This document shows positions 37,185-49,629 of a stretch of DNA of 49,629 nt, piece by piece; the stretch's first letter is position 1; each line of letters opens with the position of its first letter. A program made the translations under genes and the position numbers. The notes below the pieces were generated by a model. The model saw nothing but the letters and a program-made list of their open reading frames with translations. It was not told the origin of the DNA and did not search any database. Source of the DNA: Spirogloea muscicola (Eukaryota); NCBI GenBank assembly GCA_009602725.1, contig WELB01000018.1:442149-491777 (forward strand), read 5' to 3'.

Positions 37185-37739
37185 TCACATGCAGCAACAT
37201 GTCACCAAAGGCAAATTGCCTGGTCATCAGGTCCCAAGGCGTACGTGCTGTACGAGTGTGGACGGAGTCTTGAGCAATGGTGGAGGGTTGTGCACAGGCT
37301 TGACATGCAGGCACTAAGGTGCACCACGTGAGCGGGTTCTCAACGATGTCCCAGCAGGCCCAGTCAGTGGAAGACCTCAGGCCAGAAGTCGAGGCCTGGG
37401 CCTACTACTAAAGAATGGCGGCAACCCACAAGCGAAGGGTTGAGCTGCCGAAGAGTCTTCGTGGTCTTGCCCGAGCAGGCGAGGCGCGGCACCAGAGCCG
37501 CCTGGTGCGGAGGGCTTCACGCAGGTGCGTGAGAACAACACAGGTGCCTGGGAGACCGCCGACAGTCGCAGTCACGGTGATTCCGGCCGTCCGCCGGCGT
37601 TTGGAGCGCGCCGAGCCCTTTGGAGCACCGACTAGCCGCAGCTGCTGCGCACCGCCCAACGAGCGGGATAGTGGGGAGCGCGCCACCTGCGGCCGGCTCC
37701 GGCTCTCATCTGATGCGCATCCACCCGGCCCACCCCACC

Positions 37740-38515
37740 ACCCGCCATTTCACAGCCGTCGCACACCTTCTTTGGGCCTTGTCCATACTTTCTGGGCAAT
37801 GTATTGGCTTGAATTGGCCTAGCTTTAATCTCAAGCGCACCGCGCGCCTTCTCTCTGGGCTGGGTTCTCACAGCCCCCCCCTTTCGTAGCTGCTACGCGT
37901 TTCTGGCCACGCCGAGCCTTTGTCAATTCTTTTCGGGCTGGCTTTTCACAGCCCTTGCCCCCATTGGGAGTGCCCCTTCTTTCGGCCCCTTTGGAACTTG
38001 TCAATTTTTCAGGCTGGCTTTTCACATCCCTCGCACTCTCAAGGAGAACCACTGTCTTTCGGAAGAGCTCGCTTGCTTTATTTTGGAGGAACTTCCAGGG
38101 TGTCCTGGACGCGGCGCGCGCGAAGCGGCGAAAGCTTCGGCCGCGAGCGGCAGGCAGCCGTCCGGCGGGCCGCCGCGATTGGTTCCCACCTTCTGGGTGT
38201 TCTGGGAACGAGCGCCACGCGGCGAGCTTCACCGGCCTCGCTTCCCGAGAAGAGTGGCAGGCCCCCGCCCGTTGGGCGCTGATTGAGGGGGAGGCCAGTG
38301 GCCCCCCGCAGAGAATAGGAAATAGCGCTGTGAGCTATTTCAATTGCGAGGGCTGTTAAAAACGAGCCCGAAAAGATTTGACAAGGTCCGGAGTGGCCGA
38401 AGAGTGCTGAAACATGTAACTGTGCAAGTACCAGAGTACCTGTGAGAGGCCAGCCCAAAGGGAGTGTACTTTGCTTTGTATATTCTGGGCTGGCCAGTCA
38501 CAGCCATCGCCCCTC
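37740..38515. repeat. Cluster of the dispersed GGCTG-N8-CAGCC / CTTGTC(C/A)ATTC repeat modules in both orientations
   Basis: Modules at ~37745, 37858, 37935 and 38010 (+), 38345 and 38441 (-), and 38486 (+). Confidence 0.75.
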
Positions 38516-39212
38516 GACTGGAAGAAGTCTTTCTCCTTTCATGCAGGGAGAAACACAAAATACTCGCAAGGCCTAAAAGGGGCCGAGAAGGCAACGAGTG
38601 TGTATTAGGAGATGGAGGGCCTGTGTTGCCGAGAAGGGAGGGAGGCAGCCGGCACCTGCGCCAACCTCCCTCCTCCCCGCTCTGACCGAGGCGGCTCGGC
38701 GCGCAGCAGGCGGACGGCAGGAGACCGCCCACGAGGAGGGGGTGGCCGCGAAGCAGCGGCACCTACCCATGATTCGAACGGCCGGTTGCCCGCCCGCGTC
38801 GGCGGAGGCCTCTTCGCCCGCCGCAGATTCTTTGCTCGGCGGGCCCCCCGTCGCCCCCCACCTTCCCGCCTGCGGTCCCACCCCCACCGCACGCCGTCCC
38901 CCGCCCACTTTCCCCGTGCTGTCCCTCCGCCTCAGTATTTAGCCTCCCCTGACCGCTCCGCCTCTGATCGCCTCGCCACTCCTCCCGCAGCCGCCGCCGC
39001 CGCCGTCGCTGCCGCCATCTCCGGGGCCGGCCTCTCGCAGCTTTACCGTCGGGCCGCCGCCTTCGCGCCTGCGCCGGACGTCCATCTCAGTCCTTCTGGC
39101 GGGGCTGGCGTGGAGGTGTGGCCGGCGAGCAACAACAGCTCTCATTCTTGGTAGCCAGGCAGGCCTGACGCAGGCGCCTCTGAGGTCCTCTGCTGCACTG
39201 TCGGCCTCCGGC

Positions 39213-42200
39213 ATGGCCGCGTCGATGACGACAAGCCTTGTTGTTTCGGATCAGGCCGCCGCTGTCTTGGCGGCGTGTACGCCGAGCTGCAGTGTTGAGT
39301 CCCTGAGTAGGAGGCCTGGTGCGTCGAGTGGAGTGGCGAGGAGCAGGGAGGGCCGCCTCTCAAGCAGGCATATTAGCGCGAGCCTGGGCCTCAGATTGGA
39401 TCGACAGTCCCTCGAGCTGCTCCGGAGAAGGAGGAACAGGTGCTCAAGCACTGAGAGGCTGCAGTATCTACAGACAGGACCAAGGGCAGAAGCCAGCGCT
39501 GTGGCGCCTGTGCTGGAGACCACAGCCCTCCCTCAGTCCTTCATAAGCCAGAAGAAGAAGCCTATCCAGAAGTTCGTCATAGCTGGAGACACTGGAGAGG
39601 ATGGCAGAACAGGGCAGGCTGTTGGTGCATTTGAGTATGAAGCCGTGCAGATCTCCTCAAGGCTCCAGATCCTAGAACCCCCAAGTATTCCGGCAGCAGC
39701 TCCAACGAGAATTTCCCCAGTCACTACTGGACGGAGCCCTGGTGTTGTGGGGACCGGTGCCCAGTCTGGTGTTGTCGCAACTCCAAGGCCAGGACATACC
39801 AATCTGGAGATCAGGACCATACAGAGCAAACAGGCTTCCAGGCAGCTGGCTGGTGACCAGATCAGCGTACTTCGTGATCCAGCATTAAACAAGGGCACAG
39901 CTTTCACGTGAGTTGTTCTTCACTGATCCAACTGTAAAATAGCACCGGCTGCTAGCAATTGCAACAGTGGTAGCTGTTGCCTTGCTCTTCTGTTCCACTG
40001 ATAGTCTCCTGACAGAGACTACTGGTGGCATATGGCATGGGTCTATTTACATGTCATCTCATCCTTCCGGTCCTGCTTGTAATCAGACCTTCAGTGAGGA
40101 TTGCATTTGTCAGTAAGTCTGAAGATAAGTCATGGCTACCTATTGGCTGTTAGAGCTCTAAGCTCACAGATGTAGACCTGCAGCTTGGAAGTAGGTCTCA
40201 CTGGGATAAATCACTGGGTCCCAGGTCTTGATCCTCCTCCACTGACTCGAGGTAGTAGAACGTGACTCAATTGCTGTACTCGCATTCCTTGACTTTCAGG
40301 TCTGAAGAGCGACAGAGGATGGGTATCAGAGGCCTCTTACCTCCACGTGTGGAAGCCTTGGATGTCCAAGCCAAGCGGGCCATGGCACTTCTGCAGTCCT
40401 TCTCAGAGCCCATCAATAGGTACTGCTAATGTTCCACACACTGTGCCGCTGTGGCTTGTGAATTGAGTGCGCGTCTCTCCACATTATGTTGTCGTCAGTC
40501 CTCACCTGGATCATGCACTCAATTGAGTCTTACTTTGCATGCTATGTCAGTCAATATGTTTAATGCGTGCAATGCCACTTATATGCAACATTGTGAGGAT
40601 TGCCCTATGATCTACGTACAATATCTGAACCTCAAGCCCTGGCATGCAGATACTTGATGCTATCCAGCCTCAATCAGACAAATGAGACACTTTTCTATCA
40701 TGTTCTCATCAACTACCTGGAGGAACTCCTGCCCATTGTCTACACACCAACGGTGAGTTTCTTCGGTATTTGCCTGGACTACTTGGCAGCTGAACATCGT
40801 GGGCACGGATATGCTTCCAAGAAGTTTGTGTTGAAGTACATCCAGAGCACGCTTATTCACACCAGGTATCAATCAATGTCAATGACAACCTCTTACTTCT
40901 GTTCTCTGCGTGTGCAGGTTGGTGAAGCTTGTCTCAAGTTTGGCGACATCTACAGAGCAGCCCAGGGAATGTTCTTCTGTCACGAGGACAAGGTACCAGC
41001 TTACAGCAGAGCTGGCGATCATGCGGCGCAGCGTGCACAGAACATGACATCTACTTTCGGCTATTTCCATGTTGGACTTGCAAATTGACAAAGAGTCATG
41101 GATTGTCCGCTTGGCAGGGCCACGTACGCGCCATGTTGGATAGCTGGCCGCAACCTGAAGTGGATGTCATTGTGGTTACAGATGGTGGAAGGGTAGGTGG
41201 ACTGTTAAAACCTCATGCACTTCATGCATGCACTTCTGCTCTATGTCATAGATGGCTCTTGGCTTCACCTTCTAACCTCGACATTGACCTCTTGTGGTTG
41301 CAGATTCTGGGACTTGGTGATCTTGGTGCCAATGGTATGCCTATACCAGTGGGGAAGCTCTCCCTCTATGTAGCTGGAGGGGGTTTCCATCCAGCAAGGA
41401 CATTGCCAGTCATGTTAGACATGGGGACGGACAATGAGGTAAGTTACTGAGATACCTACAAGAATCTGAATATGATATCAGCAGCAAGACTCTGAACTCT
41501 GGTAGTCTTAGGTAACTGGGATCAGCATGGAAATATGACGTTCTCCCTTTCTGCTTCCAGGAACTTTTGTCAGATCCTCTATATCTGGGTTCGCGCCACA
41601 AACGCATTGAGGGCCAAGCACACATGGCCTTAGTGGACGAGTTCGTTGCTGCAGTGAGTTCAGCACAAGACTTTGCTCCGCATTTGTATCATTGGCTGTT
41701 AGTGATAGTGGACATTCTCATGATGCTACCTTTCTTGATTAGCCTGCCTTCAGCCACAAGCGCAAGCCCCTCAAAGATTGTGTAGACATGCCCTGCATGG
41801 ACATGCCCGTTGAAGTTGTCAGGCTGTCAACGCTGTCGACCATCACATTTTGTCATCCATCGTGCAGCTTCCCTTCAAATGACAATGTGACTTTTTGACA
41901 GGTCAAGGACAAGTGGCCAAATGCTTTGATTCAATTCGAGGACTTCAAGACAGAACATGCTATTGAAATCTTGGAGCGCCATAGGAACGATGCTTTCTGC
42001 TTCAATGACGATATTCAGGGCACAGGGGCTGTCATTGCTGCGGGGCTGATCAACGCCTGCAAAGCACAGCAGGTCCAGAGCTCAGTGTCCCCTCCATGAA
42101 ATGCAATTGCTAGTTGAAGGCAGCCACTAATTGATGTATGTTGTTAGAGGGTGTAGGACAGAGGGTGTAGGACGTTCTAGCTTGTAGCTCGCCTTATTTG

Positions 42201-44059
42201 CCCGCATGTTTGTCTTTGATGGCTACTGAGCTTATGTAGTTTCTCACTGCGGGGGCACTTTTGTCAACAGATTCCGCTGGCCGAAGCGAAGGTGCTATTC
42301 TATGGAGCCGGGTCTGCTGCAGTCGGTGTGGCACAAACGATCGTGTCGCTCCTTGAGGACGAGGGACTTACTACTGAGGAAGCCAAGGACCGCATCTACA
42401 TGGTCGATCGCAAGGGCCTCATTACCTTGGACCGTCCTGGCAAGCTGGAGCCACACAAGCTGATCTTTGCTCGCAAGGAGTCTTGGGAGCTCAATGCCAA
42501 GTAAGCTACAGTCGGTCACTGGAGGTGCCGTTGCCTGTTACTCTACATACTCGCACTTGACGTTTTGTGCCTGAGGAGGCTGGTAGCCAAGGCAAAGGGA
42601 CGCCGACAAGATGACAGTGTTCAAGAGATAGGCTGATGACACCTTCACACCTTGCAACCTTCACTCACTGCGGCCATATGTTGACAGGTCTGCTCTGGAG
42701 GACATTGTTGCAGCAGTCAAGCCAACAGCCCTGCTTGGCTTAAGTGGCACCCCAGGAGTATTCACAAAAGAGGTAAAGATTCTGTGGACCGCCACTCTTT
42801 TTCCGACAGTCATACCTTCTTCTGAGTAAGGCCTGCTGTAGTAATTTGCATCCCTGCATCTTGGGTCCAACTAAATGTGGTTGCAAAATCTGAGCAGGTA
42901 GTGGAGGAGCTCCGGAAATGTCACTCCAAGCCGGCCATATTCCCGCTTTCCAACCCCACCAGCAAGTCGGAGGTGCGCATTTCACTTGCACCTTCTCTTA
43001 GTATTGGCACATTCTTGACTTGTGTGCGGCTTTAGCTTCATTGCAATCGATAAGTTGACATTTACTTTGTTGTTCAATTTTGCAAGAAAAGGTGTGACAC
43101 AATCTTGTTTGTGTCACTGCCTCCAGATAACTGCAGAGGATGCTGTTCGCTGGTCAGATGGGAATCTGATCTTTGCTGCAGGCTCTCCTTTTCCACCAGT
43201 TCAGGTATTTACCCTGAATATATTCGGACTTTGAATTGCAATGTCGAGCCAGTTCTTTCATACAGGAAGCTTCTATCTATATATTGTGAGATGTTTGAGC
43301 GTTAGGAGGAGATTTACTTTCTGTTGTGCTTGCGGAAACAGAATTACTTTCTGTTGTGCTTGCGGAAACTTTCTGTTGTGCTTGCGGAAACAAACTTTTG
43401 AAGACATGTATGATGGGGAAATAGCTCATTAACATTCCCCATTTTTGCCCGGTGACAACAGTATGCGGGCCGCACGTATCATCCTGGTCAAGGGAACAAC
43501 ATGGTGAGTCAGATCACAGAGGAAGTATGCGGTTGCAGCTATCAAATTCAATTCTTGTAATAGGAAAACAGGATTAGGCGTTGCGATTGTCTTTTAAGCA
43601 ATATCTACAATAATTACCACTGAATGTCTCATCACTCGCAAATTCATCACCTTGTGCAGTTCATCTTCCCCGGGGTTGGTTTCGGCTCAGTCCTGTGCCG
43701 TGCGAAGATGGTGACTGACGGCATGTTCATCGCTGCCGCCCAAGCTCTTGCGTCCTGTCTCTCTGAGGAGCAACTCCAGCAAGGCCAAGTCTTTCCCCAC
43801 GTGTCAAGTGTCCGAGACATAAGGTATACACTGCAATACATAAAAGTTCACACATATTTACTGTGATGCAGCTTTGCTCATGCAGATAGGCATCTTTGCT
43901 TAGACTAATCTTGAATGTGCTCTTGTAATGTGCAGCATGGTGGTGGCATCAGCCGTGATTGATCGAGCTTTCACAGAGGGCGTTGCTGGCATACCACGGC
44001 CGGCAAGCATTCCTCAGTTCGTGCAGCAGAACATGTACTCCCCAGATTATGCCAGGTAG
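39213..44059 (+). CDS. ME: Malic enzyme (NAD(P)-dependent) with a long N-terminal transit-peptide-like extension
   Basis: [126 protein letters not shown], ..NMYSPDYAR*. About 14 GT-AG exons. Confidence 0.96.
43315..43391. repeat. Intronic tandem triplication of ctttctgttgtgcttgcggaaac
   Basis: Three directly visible copies. Confidence 0.9.
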
Positions 44060-47000
44060 TAAGCGCCACAAGGTGGCGGCGCGGCGGTGGCTTCAGTGGA
44101 GCATCTGTACAGGACTACAGCACAAGGCATATAGCATCATCGTCAATTCCCACAGAGCTACCAAGTGACGTAGGAGAGAATCTCCTGCAGCTACAGGGTA
44201 CTCTGCATTTATTGCACTGCCTGACGGCAGTCTCTGGCGGGGGCTATGTCCCCTTCCTGAGGCTTGTCGCCAGTGAGCTCTACAAACCCAGCTCGTACGG
44301 TTGCCACGGTGCACCAGGCCCCAGTAGAATGTGGCGTGGTGCCCTTGCCGCCTGGCCTCCGAGGGCTGGCCCATTTTTGCCCATCTTCCACCAGTATCAC
44401 CTAGAATAGAGTGTCAGTAGCGAACCATGTCATTAGCATGGATATGGCTATACCAGTGCAGAGGGTGGCTCTCGCAGCCCCCGACGGCAACGCCTGGGCG
44501 TGTCTCGCAATAGAGGCGCCCTCGGGCGGGGCTTAGTTGCTCCGTACATACATTCTTTCACAATCTTGTTTATATGGCAGGCACATAGACCCTAGACATT
44601 GATTAGTCCAAGTGAGCGGGGCCAGCGACTGGACATCATTGACTGTACAGACCATTGTTTGAGCAATCTGGTGTCGAGTGGAATTATATGGAAGATATGA
44701 CAGTTGCCAATACATCTGGCGTGTAGGACATTGTTCCAAGACCAAGTGGGTGACTGTCACCCAGGGGTACACTAGGCGCGTAGATGTTGAAATGCTAGCA
44801 TGGCAGACCTTGAGGGAGCACCTTGGCACACTGCAGAGAAACTTAGTGAGGGTCAACTGAGCAATCATGGGTGTCACTTGCTCATCGGCAGTTCAGCCAT
44901 TGCACGTAGTAGTAACACCGATAAGAGCTGGTCGCACTGGCAAAGGAGTAAGGCAGTTGCTTCAGCACAGCCCGACAGAGCCTGTACATTTAGGTGGCTG
45001 GGGTGAGGTGAATAGAGCATTGGGGCTCGCAAGGTGTCTTTCTCTCTCTTGGGAAGTGAAGCAAGGATCATGCCCAACAGCACACACAGCACACCACAGC
45101 AGCAGAGCGACAAGCAGTCAGTGTGTGCTGGCGTCCCTTGCTGTATGACGCCTTAATGGTTTTCTGCAGACCTGGATATGAGTGCCATGGTAGCGGGAGC
45201 CATTGTAGGAAGCGACTTGGCCGCACTGCAGATAATTAGTGATTGTATAAGGTGGCGAGGCAGCGGCAAGGTCACAGTCACGACCCAAAGAATCCTTTCA
45301 AGGGGCTCATCATGCCCACCGGCCAGTCGAGGTCACTGTGGCCTAGACGTGGATTGGACGTTTTTGACTTGCCTAACTGTAACCTGCTGTACGAGGGGCA
45401 GCAGGGCAGCCTATGTGAAGGCTAGGCTGCTTTGGCAACTCGTATGTATTTAAGAGTCAGGCCGCACCTGTGCCTGAACAGCGCTTGGAGCGCGTCACTT
45501 TGCAGCATTAAATGACCCTTCGCAAAAATGAAAGCCAATGCGCGATGCCGGAAACTTGGGGCGCCAAACATTGCTCCTGCCTGCATCCTTGTGCAATCTA
45601 GGGTACTGACATGGCAAACAGAGCCATGAAGACTCATATGCAAAACCTCACAGATTCGCATTCCTCAATCACTTCATATCCAGCAAATCATGGTTGCAGT
45701 CTAAGGCCCCATTGTGGGCTGCTTGCAGCTCTAGGTCTTTCATAGACAAGCCAGCTATTTGATGCAGAAGAGTGCCTAATGACATGCTACACAATGAGAT
45801 GATCAGTGCAATTAGTGGCTACTTCTGGACCCTGAACGGACCCTGAACACCTCAGGCTTTGCACGCGTCTCTGGATAAGAATGTGTCTGTATGCTGGTAA
45901 CCTCAGCCTCCGCTTCGAATGCTCAAGATGCGGTCTCCCTCTGGGGAAATGGTTGTAAAGCTTCTTCTTTAAGACTTTTAACAAATGCTTATTGCTTGCT
46001 CTGCTTCCTTGGGGATGCGCGTGTCAGCAGAATGTCCAGCTTGATCTTGCTGAGCGACATTGCTGATGTGGCATCTGGCAGTCTGGCAAATTTGCACGAC
46101 CTCGCTTGACGGCTAGCGCGATGACTGTGCAGTTGAACCGGGTGGTGAACAGATGCATGCATCTCGTAGAGAAGAGGCACAATTGTTCGAGAAGAAGCAA
46201 ATGATGGCCGCGGGCATGATGAATTGCAGGTACATCCGGGGCTCTGCCTGACGGGCATGGGGGCGCTGAGGGCATGGGCACAAAAGAAGAAGTGGGACGA
46301 GGGAGATTGCTTATCGTGTACTTCGAACAAGAGGCCACGAAGTACCAGGCCAAAGAGGAATACGCGGAGAAATTGCAGCCAGCAAGCGCGGGGGGAAAGA
46401 CCTATCTGAAAGAGAGTCTGTAGAGGCAGGTGCCCGCAGAGGCGCAGCCAGCACATGAACAATAACGGAGGGGCCAACGGCCACCGGCCGCTATCGCCCG
46501 GGTACAGCAGACGAGTGCCCTGCATGGTCGACCGAAAGAGCCCGCACAGCACTTCCACATGCTTGCCACTTGGTGTTGCGGCCGCTCAGGCACAGAGCGA
46601 GGTCAGCCCTTAAACATTGCCCATTATATCGGGGGTTTGAGGCGCACTCGAAGCAGGCGGGCGTGGCAAGCTCGCCACGGAAGAAGAGAGAAGCTCTGCC
46701 AACAAAAAGCTCTTCCAATAGGAGGCGATGCCTGTTGAACTCCAGCCCAAAAAGCGGAAGGAGGCGAGGGAGGGAGGAGCCGTTGCTCGTCTGGATGACG
46801 CTGCCCCGCAGGCGTCTCAAGTGCGTACAAGGCTGGACGCTGGGGGAAGCTTCATTCTCCCTGCCGGAGCCTTGGACCAGGGGTGAAGGTAAGAGGCGGA
46901 AAAAGTGAGGTGCGAAGTCGGAATGAAGGAAGAAAGTGGCTGTCCCAAAGAAGCGAGAACTGTGAACAGCAAGCCCAAAAAGAACTGACAAGGTCCGAAG

Positions 47001-48609
47001 GGCCAAAAGCGCTGAAGACGGAATGGGCGGTGAAGCGTAGCGTGGGCGGCTAGATACGGAGGGGAAAAGCGCGTTGGATGTTTAGTGTCCCCCTTAGCTA
47101 GCTCATCATCCCGTTCCTAGGACATTTGCAAGGCTAGAATTGGCCTCCCTTTCAAATTCATGTGCACCGCGCGCCTTCTCTCGCTGTGAGTGATGAGTGC
47201 CAGAGCGGGCCAAGTACGAGGCAGGTCCAAAGCGGGGGCCAGAAGGGCGGGGCAAACAGAGTGTCGAATGACTGGGGCCCTGCCGAACACGAATGCAGGC
47301 ACACCTACAGCTGTAGGCCGCCTGCTGCTAGATTGAACCGCTCAGTAGCTGAAATCAGCAGACTCAAAGTCGCTGATGCGTGCCCGAATACTGGTTTGCA
47401 GCTTGCAAGTGGTGCTGCCACGCACAACAGCTCGCCAAGCATCGCATGGTCCTGGGTTTGCTGAAGAGAAGACTGATGCGGTGATGCATGGACGGCAGGA
47501 ACCTGCCGGCAAGCCCATCTTGGCTGCAAGCAAGCATGTCCTCACAACGTGCATACCCTAGGCTTGCCTTCCTCTCGAGCAAGCTGTGTGGACGCGAGGA
47601 CTTATGCAACCATGGCTGTCGATTGTGGCTAGTAGAAGGTGATCACAGCAGGGGTTGGTCAACATGACGCTGCAGCTTCGCTATCGTGCAACAACCCACA
47701 GAATTGAGCAGCAATATATGGCGATGCTGGCCATTCGCTGCGCCTCCGTGATATCCACGTCGACGTAAGGAGAGAGAAGGCGCGAGGTGCGCATTTATAA
47801 GGGAGGCAATTTCAAGCCAATAGACATTGTTCAGGCAGAAAGTAGTGCAAAACAATAAGGCTACATACATCAAAGCCCTACGCTAAGTTGGCTAAGGTAA
47901 GATTGTGACGTTAGTATCCACGAGGGGGCACGTGAGGGGGCACGTGGTGCGCCGCGAGGTTGTGCACCCATAAACGGCGGGTTGCGTCCCCGGGCGGCCG
48001 AGATGGTGGGCGGGGCTGGGCCTTGTGGCTCGAGCTGCCAGTGTGGGCTGCTGAGGTGGTGGGCGGCAGGATCGGGCTTGCCAAACCCCGAAACCCGCCG
48101 GCCCCGTGGCCCGCGCGTGGGCCACCTCACTCCCTCCTCCCCCTCTCTCCCCCCGCGCCTCTCTCCCCCTCCCCTCTCGCCAGCCATAGCGGCTCCCTCC
48201 CCCTTCCCCTGACGCCCTCTCCCTCTCGCCCGCCCACCCCGCCCCGCGCGGCTGAGGAGCCGCGCTACAGTGGTGGCTGCCACGGCGGCAATAAAACGCG
48301 ATCGCAAGGCGTTGATGAAAAGCTCCTCCGGGCCACGAGGAAGACCGCGGGTTCCGGCCGGGCAGGCGTACGGCACCACCCCACGACGGAGGCCTTGGGG
48401 AGGTTGTGAGCCCCCTTGCTGCTAACTCTTAGCAGGGTAGGAAGATCTTCCTGTGTATGTGAAACAAACGAAGGCCCAATGGCCAAGTACGAGGGCAAGC
48501 ACTTCCGGAGACGTACATCACCTACAGTAGATTGACGCGCTCAGGAAGCACGGTCAAGGGTAGGGGCTTGGAGGGTTTTCTTAGCGCTTCCCCTGGCCCC
48601 CTTCTCGTA

Positions 48610-49325
48610 CTTTGTTCATTCTGTTTTGGGCTGGCTTTTCCAGTCCCTAGTATCAATGGGCGAGCAATTTCTCTTTTCTTGGAGGGTATGGGCTTGGAAA
48701 GGCCAGCCCAAAAAGAATGGACAAGGTCGAAAGAGCCAAAAACAACAACAGCGCTTCCAAATTGACTGGTGGATGTAAGAGGCCAGCCCAAAGGAATGGA
48801 CAAGGTCTGAAGGAGCCGGATGGCGCAAAACGAGCAAAACCAACCATAACGCTTCCAAATTGACTGGTGGCTGCAAAAAGTCCAGATACTAAGTGCTAGA
48901 GGACTTAGCAGCAAGGGGCTCTCAAAAAGCTCACAACCTCAGGCCTTCCTCCTTCCTCCTTCCTCCTTAGCACTTAGTACCTGGCTTTTGAGGCATCCGG
49001 CTCCTTCAGACCTTGTCCATTCCTTTGGGCTGGCCTCTTACAGCCACCAATCAATTTGGAAGCGCTGCTGTTGTTTTTGGCTCTTTGGACCTTGTCCATT
49101 CTATTTGGGCTGGCCTTTCCAAGCCCCTACCCTCTATAGGCGAGCACTACTCTTTGTCCCAAGAAACAGCGCTTCCAAATTGACAGAAGCGGCTGTGAGA
49201 GGCCAGCCCAAAGGAATGGACAAGGTCTGAAAGACTTTGCTTGTCCATAGAGGGTAGGGGCTTGGAAAGGCCAGCCCAAAAAGAATGGACAAGGGCCGGA
49301 TGAAAGGGCCGGATGGCGCAAAAGG
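48610..49325. repeat. Foldback / MITE-like array of the dispersed repeat, with ~150 bp inverted arms
   Basis: 48681-48830 is a near reverse complement of 48985-49135. Further direct copies of gaggccagcccaaa..gaatggacaagg lie at 49190-49230 and 49260-49320. Confidence 0.85.
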
Positions 49326-49435
49326 AAGACACTACCCTCTAATAAGACGTCAGCAAGTAGGCTCTCAGGAACCTCTAGTCAGTAAGTGCAAGACGGGATA
49401 GCTAGACGGCGGAAAGAAGAAGCGGCTGCTGATAT

Positions 49436-49629
49436 GAAAGAATCGGCTGTGAAATGCCAGCCAGATGCATACAGGTGTTCATGACGGAGCCAAAGGCTAG
49501 GCAGACAGGGCGCCCTCAATACCCCCGTGTCAGCAGTAGGAAGTCAGATGAGCTGAGGGGAGGAAGAGCAACCCCGCTGCGCAAGCCAGAGGCTGCTGCA
49601 AGGGCGCGACCAGCGCGGCGGTGCAAAGC
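49436..49629 (-). mobile_element. Second, apparently identical copy of the retro-element 3' end (runs off the window)
   Basis: 194 bp direct repeat of 36880-37073. Confidence 0.7.

Noticed and set aside
44200..46900. Possible degenerate gene downstream of the malic enzyme
   Set aside because: Short ORFs in mixed frames with no identifiable homology; could not build a spliced model.
48610..49325. CRISPR-like repeat array
   Set aside because: Eukaryotic context, repeats in both orientations, intervening sequences themselves repeated, and no cas genes.

Overview
Intron-rich, GC-rich eukaryotic nuclear DNA from a green-lineage organism. Gene content (pectin methylesterase, EXORDIUM-like, plant-type NusB/IGPS/BCAT, MinC-like) points to a streptophyte alga or non-seed plant; this is inference, not a database result. 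By manual GT-AG splicing I find about 10 protein-coding genes: an At1g08530/At5g09995-like membrane protein, a 59-aa SMP/LEA-like microprotein, an At2g45990-like HAD hydrolase, a pectin methylesterase, COX5b, a plastid NusB-domain protein, BCAT, IGPS, a MinC C-terminal domain fused to a ~4-TM domain, a second SMP/LEA gene and a malic enzyme. There is also tRNA-Val(AAC), an EXORDIUM/Phi-1 pseudogene, several probable 3' tails of a non-LTR retrotransposon, and an intergenic dispersed repeat system built on a GGCTG-N8-CAGCC palindrome. The most interesting item is the membrane-anchored MinC-like protein whose MinD-binding RSGQ motif reads RQDE. Single Ns (3197, 9245, 18292) and a polyA+N gap (24897-25379) are assembly breaks; those at 3197, 18292 and 24897-25379 remove gene 5' ends. 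All family assignments come from recalled motifs and need HMM/BLAST confirmation.
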